This document shows positions 1 through 14,512 of a DNA stretch of 23,303 nt, one piece after another. Source of the DNA: Salpingoeca rosetta (Eukaryota > Protista > Choanoflagellata); NCBI GenBank assembly GCA_033442325.1, contig JAWQFM010000023.1, forward strand, positions 189,150 through 212,452, read 5' to 3'. Made by a program: the position numbers and the translations under genes. The stretch's first letter is position 1. Each line of letters starts with the position of its first letter. The notes below the pieces were generated by a model. It worked only from the letters and a program-made list of their open reading frames with translations, ran no database searches and was not told the DNA's origin.

Positions 1-26
1 TTGTTCCTTTTTTCAATCGCTCTAAA

Positions 27-62
27 ACACACACACACACACACAGCTCTCTCACTCTCTCC

Positions 63-93
<31 letters not shown>

Positions 94-121
94 AGACACA
101 CACACACACACACACACACAC
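27..121. repeat. (CA)n/(CT)n compound microsatellite, intronic
   Basis: Visible dinucleotide runs upstream of the acceptor at 180. Confidence 0.9.
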
Positions 122-180
122 GGCTCATGCCCGCTTCTCTGCTTTGATTCCACTTGACAATGCGTTTGTGCATGGCCCAG

Positions 181-2484
<2,304 letters not shown>

Positions 2485-2950
2485 GAGCATTCACGACTGA
2501 TGCAATATGACGTTGTTGTCACATGTGACACTTTGGCAACAACAAACAACAACGCCATCTCACAGGCCAGCCCCCCCCCACACCTTAGAACCACAACACA
2601 CAACTACATCACTCCACACTTCCTCTTTCCTCCATCCCCTCAGTCCTCAGCTTGCACCACGCTGTCAAGTACACACGAGTTGATTGCGTTCAAGCAGCAG
2701 GTGTTCCCTGTTTGAATATTTCATGTACTTTTGGAAGTTGTGGTAACTGACTGACCCACTCGGGGAACACGTAGACAACTGCACGTAGACAGACACAAAT
2801 TAAAAGTCAAATCAGGCACAGGGACACATGCATAAGGAAGGTCGCACGCGGGCAGTGGTTGTGCACACATGTTGTCCTCGCATGACGATTTCTGGAACGC
2901 GTGACAGCAGGGCCAAACACCCAAAACGACTGTTGCATGGGCGTGGTCGT

Positions 2951-4060
2951 TCAAAGTCCCATCAGCAACTGGATTGGACAAAAGCGAGCAACAAACAGCG
3001 TCAAACGTGAGATGGTTGGGGTGGATGCCTTCAATATACACACAGGCAGACACACCGACACCCACACCCACACGTACAGACACACGTACAGACGCAGACA
3101 CAGACACGCCCCTCCCCCCCCCCCAAAACACACACACACACACACATAGCAAGCTCACCTCAAAGCCTTCGTCGTCATTTGGATCTGTAAAGTCCACGTC
3201 GTGCGTGTCCTCTGAAGGCTTTTTCTTCTGCATGTATTCCTTAATCTCTTCAAGCGAGAACAGCTCCTTATCCTCCTCATCATCTTTGTCTTTCGTCTCC
3301 TTCCGCTCTTCCTTCTTCACCTGTTCTGCCTTCTTTCCTGCGTCTTTGGTCTTCTTGTCCTTCGGGGTTGTTGTCGCCGCCGCTGGCTTCGCTGTTGTGG
3401 CAGCTGGTTTGGTAGCTGTTGCCGGCTTTGCGTTGGCTGCGGGCGCTGCTGCTTTCTTGGCAGCAGGGGCCGCCTTGGTTGTCGCTGTCGTGGACACCGC
3501 TGCCTTTTTCTTCTTGGCTACTGCAGCGGTTGTGGATGGTTTTGATGCAGTTGCTGGCGTGCGCTGCGGTGGCTTCGCGGTGCTGGCATTCACAGCTTGT
3601 GCCGCCGTCGTCTTCTTCTTTGTCGACACGGCTGCTGCTGCTGTCGTTGCGGGTGCCGTTGCGGGTGCCTTTGCCTTCGACACAACAGCGGGCTTCCCTG
3701 CGCTGCTCGGCCTGCGAACACCGGCTTTGGTTGGCGCTGGCTTTGCAGCAGCAGCCGTGTTGCTTGCCGCCGTAGCCACCGCCTTCTTCTTGGTCGTCTT
3801 CGCTGGCTTGGTTGTCGTGGTCGTGGTCGTGGTCGCGGTGGACGGTGTTGTTGTCTTTGTAGCTGTCGCTGCTGGTGCTTTTGCTGGTGCCTTCTTGCCA
3901 GCGGTGGCAGCGGTGGTTGCAATCTTCTTTTTCACAACCGCCGCAGCGCCGGCTGTTGTTGTTGGCGTTGCTGCTGTGCTTGTGCCCTTGACTGGGGCTG
4001 TTTGCTGCTTAGGGGTCGTCGTCGTTGTCGTCGTTGACGCTCGCTTCGCCTTCGTCTTCG

Positions 4061-4095
<35 letters not shown>

Positions 4096-5652
4096 GGTTG
4101 CGGTTTGGTCGCCGCCACCACCGGCTTAGTCGATGCTGATGCTTTGCTCGTTGCAGCAGGCGCCGCTGTCGTTGGAGTTGGCGTTGGCGTTTTGGCAGGG
4201 GTTGTTTCCTTCTTCTTCAGGGTTTGCAAAGTCGGTGTCGTCGTCGTCGTCGATGTCGTCGTCGTCGTCGGCGTCGCTGGCTTGGCTGTTGAAGGTCGCT
4301 TTGCCGACGCCTTTGCCTTTTTTGTCATGGGCTCGGTTTTTGCTGGCGCGGTGACTGCTGTTTTGGGTGACTTGATTGGCTGCTCCTTCTTGATATCTGC
4401 GAGGCGCTTGATCGTGAACACTGGCGCTGGTGCTGGTGTTGACGTTGTTGCGACCTTTGCCTTCTTCGCTGCCACCGCTTCGCCACCCGCTGTTGACGCT
4501 GATGACGGCGTGCCAGACACCCGCCGCTTCGGGCTCGTTCGGCCACCAGCTTTACCTGCTGCTGACGCCACTGCTGCTGTCGTCGTTGCCGTCGTCGTTG
4601 CCGTCGTCGTCGTCGTCGCTGAACCTGCTGCCTTTGTAGCTACCGCCGCCGCTGTTGCAGTGGAGGAGGAGGAGGAGGAGGAGGCCTTGGCAGCACCATT
4701 TTTGGACTGGCGGATGCGGGAGAGGGGAAGAACCTCAAAGGTCGCACCACCACCACCACTGCCGCTGCTGCTGGCGGCAGGGCTGGTCGTAGTCTTCTGG
4801 CCAGTAGCAGCCAGCTTCTGCGCAACCTGCTGCTGCTGCTGTTGCTTGTTGCGCTTGGGGACAGGTGGCATGATGAGCTTGGCACGCTTTGCAGCATTGT
4901 CTGCATCTGTGCCAGTGCCGTCTGCGCCGCCGCTGCCGGTGTTCTTGTTCTTGGTCGGCGCTGTCTTGCTGCTGGGGTCGGCCTTGGCCACGGCTGGGCC
5001 AGATGTTGCTCGCGTGAACAGGAGTTGCGCACCCGCACTCTTCTTCCCCTGCCTACCGCCAGCACTGCCCCTCCTAGCTGCTGCCGCTCCTGCAGTTATT
5101 CCAGCCGTTGTTGCTGGTGTCGCCTTTGCAGCTGCCGCATTGGGCTTCTTGGTTGTCGGAGCAGCGGCCTTGGTATTGCTGCCACCGGGCACCTTAACAC
5201 CCTCCAGCCGCGCGTGCACCGGTACCTTCTTCTTGGTCGTTGATGCCGCTGCCGCCGCTGCTGCGGGTGCGTGTGTCGTTTCCTTGCGTACGTTCACGTT
5301 CTTTGGCTTGGCCGCCCCATCCAACTGCTGCTGCTGCTGCTGCTGCTTCATCTTGTGCTGTTCCTTGGCCTTCTTCTGCTTGAGCTTGGCCTTGAGCTGC
5401 TCCCGCATGCGCGCCTCAGAGCGCGAAATCACATTCACAGAAGACGATGATGATGGCGCTGATGATGATGTTGTTGGGGGTGGCGGCATGCGAGCAGACG
5501 GCGCATGGGCTGGGCGATGTTGCGGGTGTTGCTGATGTTGCATCAGGCCGGGATTGCGGCCCATCATGGTGACATGACCAACATTGCCAGGGCCACCACC
5601 GACAGGACCGTTTGCCATCATCCCAATGCCACGCCCAGCCATCATCCCACGC

Positions 5653-5700
<48 letters not shown>

Positions 5701-7948
5701 ATCATCATCGTTGGCATCGTTGGTCCTCGCGGCCCGTAGCTGCCCATGCCCATGCCAATACCCATGCGCATGTGTTGGGGCGGCATTGCTGTCCCCGCCG
5801 CCGCCGCTGTTGTGGGCGGACGCGGGCGCGACACGGGGGCAAACCTGCCCATTGGCGGCGATGTGGGCGTTGTTGTGGCTGTGACTGGTGTTGCGTGTGG
5901 TGTTGGCAGGGCCGAGTAGGGCGGCGCATTCATCGTCGTTGCCGGAGCTGGTGGACGGCCCATGAGGCCCGGGCGAAACTGCCGCTGCGGGGACACAGGG
6001 CCGGGCGTTGGTTGTGGGCCATAAGGCATGCCACGCGCCCCGGCTGGCGGTTGCTGGTGAGGTCCACGGGAGGGCGATGGCATCAGGCCAAACAGCGGCG
6101 CTGACGATGATGATGACGACGAAGATGACGATGGTGGTGCAGAGAATGGTGGTGGCGCAGCCGCCCTTGTTGTCGGTACCAATCTCGACGTCATCGTTGT
6201 CGGTGTGTGTTGAGTGTTGGCACCTGTGGAGGCGAGCTTGAATAGAGGAGTTGACGAGGATGACTTGGCAGGTGTGGTAGTTGTCGGTGGCTTTGTTGTG
6301 TTGAGGGGCCTCTTGTTGCCGATTGCTGGTGTTGCCATTGTTGTCGATGGGCGTTTGGGGCCGCTCACGGAGAAAGGGGCTCTGTTCTTGTGTCTGAAAG
6401 GGCAGTTTGGCTTGGTACATCCGCCCGGCTGTGTTTCCCAGTAGCAAGGCACAGTGCTGCGGTCCTTGGTGTCCTCAAAGTGCCTCAGTTTACAGCCGGG
6501 GTTGGTGCACTCGCCGTTCTTCCAGTGCGGGCAGACAATGTTTGTCTTGAGGGCCGCTTCCGAGTGTCGGAAGGGGCATGCCGCGCCCTGTGTTGCGACG
6601 AAAGAAGAGACAATGGACGAGACGTCGTTAACGAAGGGGCCGGTGGGCGTTGTCGTCGGTCAGGTTGTTCAGGTTGTGATTCGGGTTGGTGGAAGATGAC
6701 GAGGGTGATGGAGGGCGTGCCGAGTCCCGGAGAAGGGGTCGCGGGAACCAGAAGAAGTTCAGTTCAGGGGGAGAGGGGCACGCGAAGTTGCATCGTCATC
6801 ATGAGTGGAAGATGGATGGATGTTGGTTGAATCGGAATGAAAGAGTGGAGAGGGTGGAGACGACCGCGATCATGACGATGACTGTGTCACTGCCCATGAA
6901 GCTGATGTCGAGTGGATGACGCGATTGCACGCCCCAAGGTCAAGGGCTGACGAGCACAAGGCAAGAGACGACAGAGAAGAGAGGTGGTGGGGCGGAGGGG
7001 TGTGTGCGTGTGTGGACCACAGCCACTGCGCTGTTTTGTGTCCACCATGCAGACGGACAGCACACATGGGAAACTGGAATACAACGTTGTTGGTTGGGTG
7101 TGACCAACAGAGCAACGCACACTCTCCAGCAGGATGTGGGACAGACGTGCAGCCAACAGAAAGGGAGCATAGGGCGAGGCTGGCTCTGGTGATCAAGACC
7201 ACCAGAACCTGATGGGGAAGGGCAGAACACAGACGACATGAAAGGGACGGGCGGGGGAGAGGAAGCAACTCGAGGAAAAAAAAAGACAAACACGTTACAG
7301 CGCGTGCGCGTGTGTGTGTTTGCGTGTATTTGCGCAAGTTTGGGTGTTGGCCTTGGCACTTGTCGTGCAATGGCAATGGTGGGGGTGGAGGTGCTTCTTG
7401 TTGTGGCGTGTTTGCTTCTTGTTGTGGTGTGTTTGCTTCTTGTTGTGTCTGGGTGCTGTGGGGTGTGGGGTGTGGACCGGCCGAGGTGACATGGACACGG
7501 CTGCCAAGGCACACGGAGGGCACGTCACTCAACACAACACGGAGCACAGGAGACACAAGCCGCTTCCCCATCACCTTGCGCCCTCGCCCCGCGACAAACG
7601 AGCAGATTGACGAACAGATAGAGAGAGAGAAAGGGAGAGAGGGAGAGAGAGGAAAGCGACGGTAGGAAAGGGAGCCTCGAAGGAGGGGAGAAAGGTGGGA
7701 AGGCAAGGTGCACACAGACACACACAGACACACACAGACACACACAGACACACAGACACACAGACACACAGACAAACACAGACAAACAAACACAAACACA
7801 AGCACAGACACAAACCGACATACAAGCAAGGGCTCGCGAGTTCAACTAACAAGGGGGTTGTTTTCTAATTCACTCATACGCCAGGCTACCCTACCTTTGA
7901 GCAAGTTGAGAACAGGAAGAACCTGCAGTCTGTGTTGCTGCTGGCCAT
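2951..7948 (-). CDS. ZC3H11A: ZC3H11A-like triple CCCH zinc-finger RNA-binding protein (~1166 aa) with a long disordered Q/P/T/A/K-rich region
   Basis: Exons (minus) 7948-7895, 6587-3159, 2968-2951. N-terminus MASSNTDCRFFLFSTCSK|GAACPFRHSEAALKTNIVCPHWKNGECTNPGCKLRHFEDTKDRSTVPCYWETQPGGCTKPNCPFRH mirrors the ZC3H11A N-terminus ([24 protein letters not shown]...IPCYWENQPTGC, recalled). The last mini-exon (LLMGL*) is the least certain part. Confidence 0.88.
7390..7447. repeat. Short tandem repeat, 21-bp period (GTGTTTGCTTCTTGTTGTGGY), ~3 copies
   Basis: TGCTTCTTGTTGTG recurs three times at 21-bp spacing in intron 1 of the ZC3H11A-like gene. Confidence 0.8.
7711..7820. repeat. (CACAGA)-type compound microsatellite
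   Basis: Visible repeats in ZC3H11A-like intron 1. Confidence 0.85.
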
Positions 7949-8301
7949 TGTTGCCGTTGTGGGGTGTTGTGGTTGATGGATAGTCGTGAGGTGGTAATGA
8001 TGGTTGGTGATGGTGCGTGCGTGTGGTGTCGGCTGTTCGCTGCGTGCTCGTAGCTGCTACCGCGCGAGAACGTTCACGGCAGAGACGAAAATTGGATGGA
8101 AATTTTGCATAGATTTCTTCATTTGCGTTGAAGATGGTTTGTGGTGTCGTGTTTACTTGGCGCAACTGGTTGGTTGGTTTGTGTGGTTGGTGTGGTGTGG
8201 TTGCTGTTGGGATGCTTGGTGTTGTTGTGAGTACGTTTTGCAGTCCCAACGACAACATGTCTCACGCGCACGCACACGGTCCAGCGGGCGGGCCATCCGC
8301 T

Positions 8302-9384
8302 TTAGAACGGCTGGTTGTTGAGGAAGCGCTTGAACATGGTCAAGGCTTGGGCTGTTGTTTGGGGTTGGGGCAAGAAGGAGAAAGGTGAGAGGTAAATGTG
8401 ACCACGGCGAATGCTCCATGAGATCCAACAGACACATGAGCACATACACAGACACACACACACACACAGACAGACAGACACACAGACAGACAGACAGACA
8501 CACACACACACACACAGACAGACACACAGACAGACAGACACACACACACACACACAGACAGACAGGCACACACACACACAGACAGACAGACAGACACACA
8601 GACAGACAGATACACACACACAGACAGACAGACAGACACACACACACATGAACGCACACCCCACACACAACATATACACACACAGACATAGTGACTGACC
8701 TGGTTTGTGCTGTGGCACAAGGTGGCCGGCGCCAGAGACGGTGAGGAAGGTGAAGTTGTGCTGGCCAGCGTTGTATGTGGTGACGTAGCCAGCCTGGATC
8801 TCCTGGTTTGGCTCGTCCGAGCTTGGGCTGGTCCACGGGCGCCAGGCCTCCTTCTCCGGGAAGCCGAGCTCGCGGGTCCACTCCTCAGAGCCCCAGTAGG
8901 GCACGCAGGCGTCGACCGAGCCAGAGTAGATGAGGATGCGGTACTTCTGTGCCAGCGTCTTGTAGAGCGGGCGCAGGTCGGCGGCGGTGCGGCGGTACTG
9001 CTGGCGGCCCTGGTGGTCAACGTGCAGAGCCTTCTGCACATCGGGCTTGGACAGCCACATGCCCATCACCTTCTCCGCGCCGCACGCGTAGTCGTTGAGG
9101 GCGCCGGCAACGCCCTTCTGCAGCTGCGGGTGCACGGCAAACGCCTGGGAGCCGGTTGTGGTGAACTCGCGTGCCTCGCGCAGCTGGCGGTAGATGTCAG
9201 ACACCCTGGTGGTAGTGAAATAAGTGTGTGTGTGGGGGGGGGAGGGAAGGGCATGCAAACAGGGGAGCGTAGAGAGGGAGCGGTGAGCGGTGTAAGGCGA
9301 GAAGAGGAGAACAACTTCAGCATGGCAGAGAAAAGGGAGACAGACGCAGAGGAAATCTGAGACAAGAGAGAGAGAGAGGCGGGT

Positions 9385-9471
<87 letters not shown>

Positions 9472-11242
9472 TACGTGACTTGGTCGCTGCCACACTGGTC
9501 GTAGACGTTGTAGATGTCAAAGTTGCCAATCTTGCGGTTCATCTCGGAGAGGGCGGCGCGGCACTGTTGCGTCTCCTTGGTGAAGTTGCCGCAGGCATCC
9601 TTGATCTTGGGGTACAGGGTCTGCGGGTACATGCCGTGGCCGTAGTAGAACTCCACAGCAATGCGGTCAGCCTGGTTCTGGAAGCCGCACGTCGACACCT
9701 CGTTACCGATGCAGCCATCGCCAATCGCAGCACCCTATTCGCGCGGGTGTATGTCGAAGAGATGGCGGTGAGGCAAAGGCAAAGTGGGCATGCAGTCAAG
9801 CAAGGAGCAGATGCAAACATGCAGGGGCGACCGACACGATGGTGAGAGCAGCATATCAGTCCCAACAGACCTTGAGGTTCAGGTTACCGCGGGCATCCAC
9901 GGCCTTGAGAATCTCGGGAATGTAGATACCGGCATACGACTCGCCTGCGAACACACACGCATGCGATGGGGTGTGTGAGCGAGGACCATGAAACGAAGAA
10001 GGGAAACGGGCTCGTGTGCACACAAAAATGGATCACACATGATGCTCACGCGTGTGCAGACAAAGCTGGAGACATAAGCGCATAGACACAACCAGGCAGA
10101 CACGTAGACAGACACACACACACATAGACAGACAGACACACACACACACACAAACACATACACAGACAGACACACGTACCGGTGATGTAGAAGTCGTTCT
10201 TCTTGTACTCGGAGAAGCCGTTGAAGAAGCCGTCGAGGAAATCGGCAAACTCCTCGCCAACGCTCTCGTCCGTGTTGACGCAGTCAACGCCCTCGGCGCA
10301 GTAGCTGAAGCCAACGCCCTTGGGCTGCTCGACGTACAGCATGTTGGCGATGGTGCTCCAGGAGTATGGGTTGTAGAGCAGGGTGATGTTGCCGTGCTCG
10401 TCAAGGCTGTTGTCGTTGGTCTGGAACTGGCCATTCTCCTGTTAAGGGGGAGGGAGGGGGAGGTGACAAAACAAACCAACGCAGGTGAAACACAAACGAA
10501 GCGTGAGCGTGAGCGTGTGTATGTGTGTGTATGTGTGTGCGCGTGCGTGTGGTACGTGTGTTGTTGCTGCGGGTGTTGTTGTTGTATGTATGTGTGTGTG
10601 TGTGCTACGTGTGTAGGTGCTATTGTTGGCTTGGACGTTTCCGCAATCGATAACCACCACAAGACATCATGCACACACACACACACATACCGTGAGGAGG
10701 CCAACGAGAGAGGAGGAACCGGGGCCTGTGAAATCGCCAGATCGAGTGTGGACGAGGACGTGAGAATGCAGCAAAGCGAACGAGCGTGGCATGCGTGCAT
10801 GGGTTGGTGTGTTGGGCGTGTATGGGGAAAGTGAAAAAGAGATGCAACAGGGACAAGTGCATGTTGTACGCGTGCGTGTGTCTGCGTGTGCGTGTGTCTG
10901 TGGTTGTGTGTGTGTGTGTGTCTGTTTGTTTTGGCTTTGCATGTGCGCCTGTGTGTGCGTGTGTGTCTGCATGCCTTTGTCATGCATGAGCAATACTCAC
11001 CGCCATTGAGCCAGACGACGACAGGGGCGGTGGATGGGTTCTTCTCGGACTCAATGAACCAGTAATGGAGGAAACCCTTGCCGTTTCCAACAGGGAGATA
11101 GCCGGAGTAGTGCTTGGAAGGAAGTGCCTTGTCCCAGCCTGGGTAATGTGTGAGCAAGCAAGTGTCGTGCGCAGGGCGTGTGTGCATGTCCAGATGAGAC
11201 GGGGAGGGAGAGAGAGTGTGTGTGTGAGAGAGAGGGGGGGGG

Positions 11243-11304
<62 letters not shown>

Positions 11305-11517
11305 CACAGAAACACCGACACACAGACACACAGACACACAGACACACAGACACACAGACACACAGACACACAGACATACAGACACACAGACACACAGACA
11401 CACACGCAGACATCCACCCGTACCTGGGAGGGAGGTCACTTGATCCTTGGTGATGGCTGCGTTGCAGGTGGCCGCCACAAGGGCGAGCACAAGCGCAGTT
11501 GCCAAAACAAACCTCAT
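8302..11517 (-). CDS. Serine carboxypeptidase, peptidase family S10 (cathepsin A/SCPL-like), signal peptide, ~471 aa
   Basis: Exons (minus) 11517-11424, 11138-11001, 10725-10691, 10438-10180, 9944-9871, 9734-9475, 9205-8700, 8351-8302, all phase-consistent. Motifs: signal MRFVLATALVLALVAATCNA, HYSGYL, WLNGGPGSSS, ENG, NPYSW, MLYVEQPKGVGFSY, GESYAG (catalytic Ser), YSGSVDACVP (Asp), GAGHLVP (His). Confidence 0.96.
8441..8648. repeat. (CA)n/(CAGA)n compound microsatellite
   Basis: Visible, in the last intron of the carboxypeptidase. Confidence 0.9.
9386..9467. repeat. Perfect (CA)n microsatellite, ~40 units
   Basis: Uninterrupted run next to the donor at 9474 (minus strand). Confidence 0.95.
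11246..11405. repeat. (GA)n plus (CACAGACA)n microsatellites
   Basis: Visible, in carboxypeptidase intron 1. Confidence 0.9.
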
Positions 11518-11624
11518 CTTCGATCGCAGGTGGTTCAGTGGCAGCAACAGTCTGGAGGGAAATGGAGGGAAAGTGCCGAGTCAGCACAAATCAATCAACA
11601 TCGGCGACAGCGACAGACAGTGAC
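11518..11624. promoter_or_regulatory. Putative bidirectional promoter/5' UTR region
   Basis: Only 107 bp separate the divergent start codons of the carboxypeptidase (11517) and ALKBH4 (11625). Confidence 0.6.
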
Positions 11625-13178
11625 ATGACAATGGTGGTGATGGAGAAGAAGAAGGATGACCGTGAGGAGGCAGCACCACCACCAGCCACGGTGCAGCACA
11701 GACGGTGTGGGTGCAAAGGAGTTCGCACGTGTCTCCTATGTTCACCGCGGGACGAACAAGAGGTGCATACACCTGTGCTTGACAGCAATTGGCTGCGTAC
11801 TTTTTGTCATCATCACGTCAGAGTGCTCACTCGCTCACACTCATCTTCACACACACACACTCAAGGTTACACTCACACTCTCACTCACACTCACACACAC
11901 ACACTCCCTCTCTCTCACACACTCTCATTCACACAGGTGTCTGCACCACACGTGCAATACCGGTGGTGTGAGGCATGTGGAAAGTTGCGCATTATGCCTC
12001 CAGGTGATGTGCCGTGCACCGGAGCCTCCACATGTGCCTCTGCAGAGTCGCTTGGCCTTCCCGCCTTCGAAGGTGTGCATGTATTTCGCGAGTTTGTGAC
12101 AGCAGACGAGGAGCAGGCGCTTCTCTCCCAAATGGACGAATGGCCGTGGAAGCTTTCCCAATCCGGCCGCTGGAAGCAGGTGCGCGCGCGCGTGTGTGTA
12201 TGTACGTATGCGTGTGTGTGTGTGTGGTGGGGAAAGGATTGGTTGGTTGGTTGGTTGTTTTTGTCGTTGCGCAACCATGTGTGTGTGTGTGTGTGACATT
12301 GCGTGCCACCGTGCGCGTGTCTGTGTACGCTCATAAGTAACAAATGGTTCCTTGCTTATTCTATGCTCGCTGTCATGTGATGAAATGATGTGATGGAACA
12401 GGACTTTGGCCCAAAGGTCAACTTCAAACGCAAAAAGGTCAAGGTTGGCAACTTCACGGGACTACCATCCTCATCCCGCGACCTGGTTGCGCGAATGCAG
12501 GCTCTCCCATGCCTCCAGGTGCGTGCGCCTGCGTTGATCGCTGTTGTACATCACCAGCCTAGCCCTTGTCTGCCCGACGCTCTTCTGTCCCTTTGAGCTG
12601 ATCCCGCTTTGCCCACACTGAAACAAACCATCTTGGCAGGACTTTGAGCCTGTGGAGCAGTGCCACCTCGACTACCGGCCAGAGCGCGGCGCAGCCATCG
12701 ACATGCACTTTGATGACGACTGGTGAGCGTCATGGTCGTGAGACACTTGCACGTGCTGTTGTGACACAACGTCGTGGCCACGAAAAGCACCAACTGTTCG
12801 TGCGGTTCGCTTCATTCACTTCCTGACTCCATTCACTTCCTGGCTGCGTTCACTTTCTGGCTGCTCGCGGTTGTGCAGGATCTGGGGCGAGCGCCTGGTT
12901 ACGGTTAACTTGCTGTCCGAGACGCGGCTGAGCTTTGAGCATCCACAACACGAAGGAGCACAGGTGTATGTGGTGCTGCCGGCACGCAGTCTTGTGGCTG
13001 TGCAGGGGAGTGCGCGGACGCAGTGGAAGCATGCCGTTCATCGCGGCGCAATCACAGACCGGCGCATTGCAGTCACGCTCAGGTGAGCTGGTTGGTGTGA
13101 TTGTGCGTGCGTGTGTGTGTGTGTGCAGGTGTGTGTGTGTGTGTGCAGGTGCGTGTGTGTGTGTGTGTGTGCAGGTGT

Positions 13179-13219
<41 letters not shown>

Positions 13220-13573
13220 CGTGGCACCGCCACCTTGCCTCTTTCTCTTTCTCTGTCTCTCCATCCCCCTCCCTCTCTCCGTCTCTGTGTCTGTCTGTCA
13301 TCGTCGCTCTCTTTGCTCGCTCTCTTTGCTCGCTCTCTTTGCTCGCTCTCTTGACTCGCTGCGTTTGTTGCGGCCGTGAACATTTCAAACGTGCGCTCAC
13401 TCCCTTACACCCCGCACTGTCCCTCCCCCCCCCCTCCAACTCCCTGCTTTGCACCACCACCACACGGCAACAGAGAGCTTGGCCCCGACTTTGTTGCGGG
13501 TGCCGGTCGTGCAGAGGAAGGGCGCCACCTGTTGGACATTGCGCACACATTCAAGGGCACGCCACTGCCGTGA
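11625..13573 (+). CDS. ALKBH4: ALKBH4-like alpha-ketoglutarate/Fe(II)-dependent dioxygenase (~294 aa)
   Basis: Exons 11625-11762, 11937-12179, 12402-12518, 12640-12722, 12879-13082, 13474-13573. ALKBH4 signatures: CGCKGVRTCLLC, PWKLSQSGRWKQDFGPKVNF, PVEQCHLDYRPERGAAIDMHFDD (HxD), WGERLVTVNLLS, LPARSL, WKHAVHR (His), RRIAVTLRE. In-frame alternative ATGs at 11631 and 11640. Confidence 0.95.
13102..13221. repeat. (GT)n interrupted microsatellite
   Basis: Visible, in ALKBH4 intron 5. Confidence 0.9.
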
Positions 13574-13625
13574 TTGCCCATCGACGACACTCACCAGCAT
13601 TGGCATCTTGTGCCCTCCCCGCACC

Positions 13626-13628
<3 letters not shown>

Positions 13629-13660
<32 letters not shown>

Positions 13661-13678
13661 CACACACACACACACACA

Positions 13679-13719
<41 letters not shown>

Positions 13720-13761
13720 ACACACACACAAAACACAACACACAAACACACACACTCTCTC
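13629..13761. repeat. (CA)n interrupted microsatellite downstream of the ALKBH4 stop
   Basis: Visible. Confidence 0.9.
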
Positions 13762-14399
13762 TGTCATATTTGAGCTGTAGATCGCAGGAAGCCTTCGATC
13801 TTCTGTCTTCCTTTGCACTGTTCCGTGTGCAGTGTGTTTCTCTTTGTATTTCTGTTTGTGTACACACAGCTGAGCGACGCTTAACTAAACGAAATTGTGG
13901 ACAGCGAAAAGACGGCAACGTGTTGTGGACACACAAAACTACTACAGCAGCTAAAGCATGTACAAGGAACAACAAAGAGCGAAGGAACAGCCGCCGCCAA
14001 CACAGCAATTGTGAGACCAGCTAAAACGAACAGCACCAAAAAAAAAAAAAAAAGGAAGGCGAAAGCGAAAGCGACGGTTGTGTATCGACATGTAAGGGTT
14101 GTGTTGTTGGGTCAGCATAGAGAAGCAGAGCCGAGGAACACTACAGGAAAAAAGGAAGAGGAGCAATTATGCAAGCGGTCAGTCAGACAGAAAAAGCATG
14201 AAAGCACAAAGTGAGGCAAGGGCGACAGGGGGAAGAGAGAGGGAGAAGGCTGAAGAACAAGCCCGCACAGGCGACAAGTACAGGCATGATTGAGCTGAGA
14301 AACGAAAAAGGAAATGAGTGTCGTGGTGACACGTTGATTGGAAGAAGAAGATGAGCAAGACGTATGTGCTTCAACCCAAGCGATGATAACAAGCAAAAC

Positions 14400-14512
14400 A
14401 GAGAGAGAGTGTGTGTGTGTGTCTGTGAGAGTGAGAGTGTGAGAGAGAGAGTGTGTGTGTCTGTGAGAGTGAGTGTGAGAGAGAGTGTGTGTGTCTGTGA
14501 GTGTGAGTGTGT
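14400..14512. repeat. (GA)/(GT) compound microsatellite
   Basis: Visible, intergenic or 3' UTR. Confidence 0.85.

Noticed and set aside
3300-4400. Histone H1-like K/A/P/T-rich region
   Set aside because: Compositional similarity only; no H1 globular domain.
2974-5535. 853-aa plus-strand ORF (A/V/F/C-rich)
   Set aside because: Antisense shadow of the K/T/A/Q-rich ZC3H11A-like exon; no domain features.
6660-6802. Possible intronic box C/D snoRNA on the minus strand (ATGATGA at 6802-6796, several CTGA downstream)
   Set aside because: No terminal stem or rRNA-complementary guide could be identified by eye, and such short motifs arise by chance.
7575-7607. ICSFVAGRGRK|GT as the first exon of the ZC3H11A-like gene
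   Set aside because: It lacks the second Cys and an ATG. Exon 7948-7895 (MASSNTDCRFFLFSTCSK) fits much better.
8915-8930. GSVD instead of the usual GDxD in the carboxypeptidase
   Set aside because: The catalytic second Asp, the Ser and the His are all intact; a minor variant, not a pseudoenzyme.
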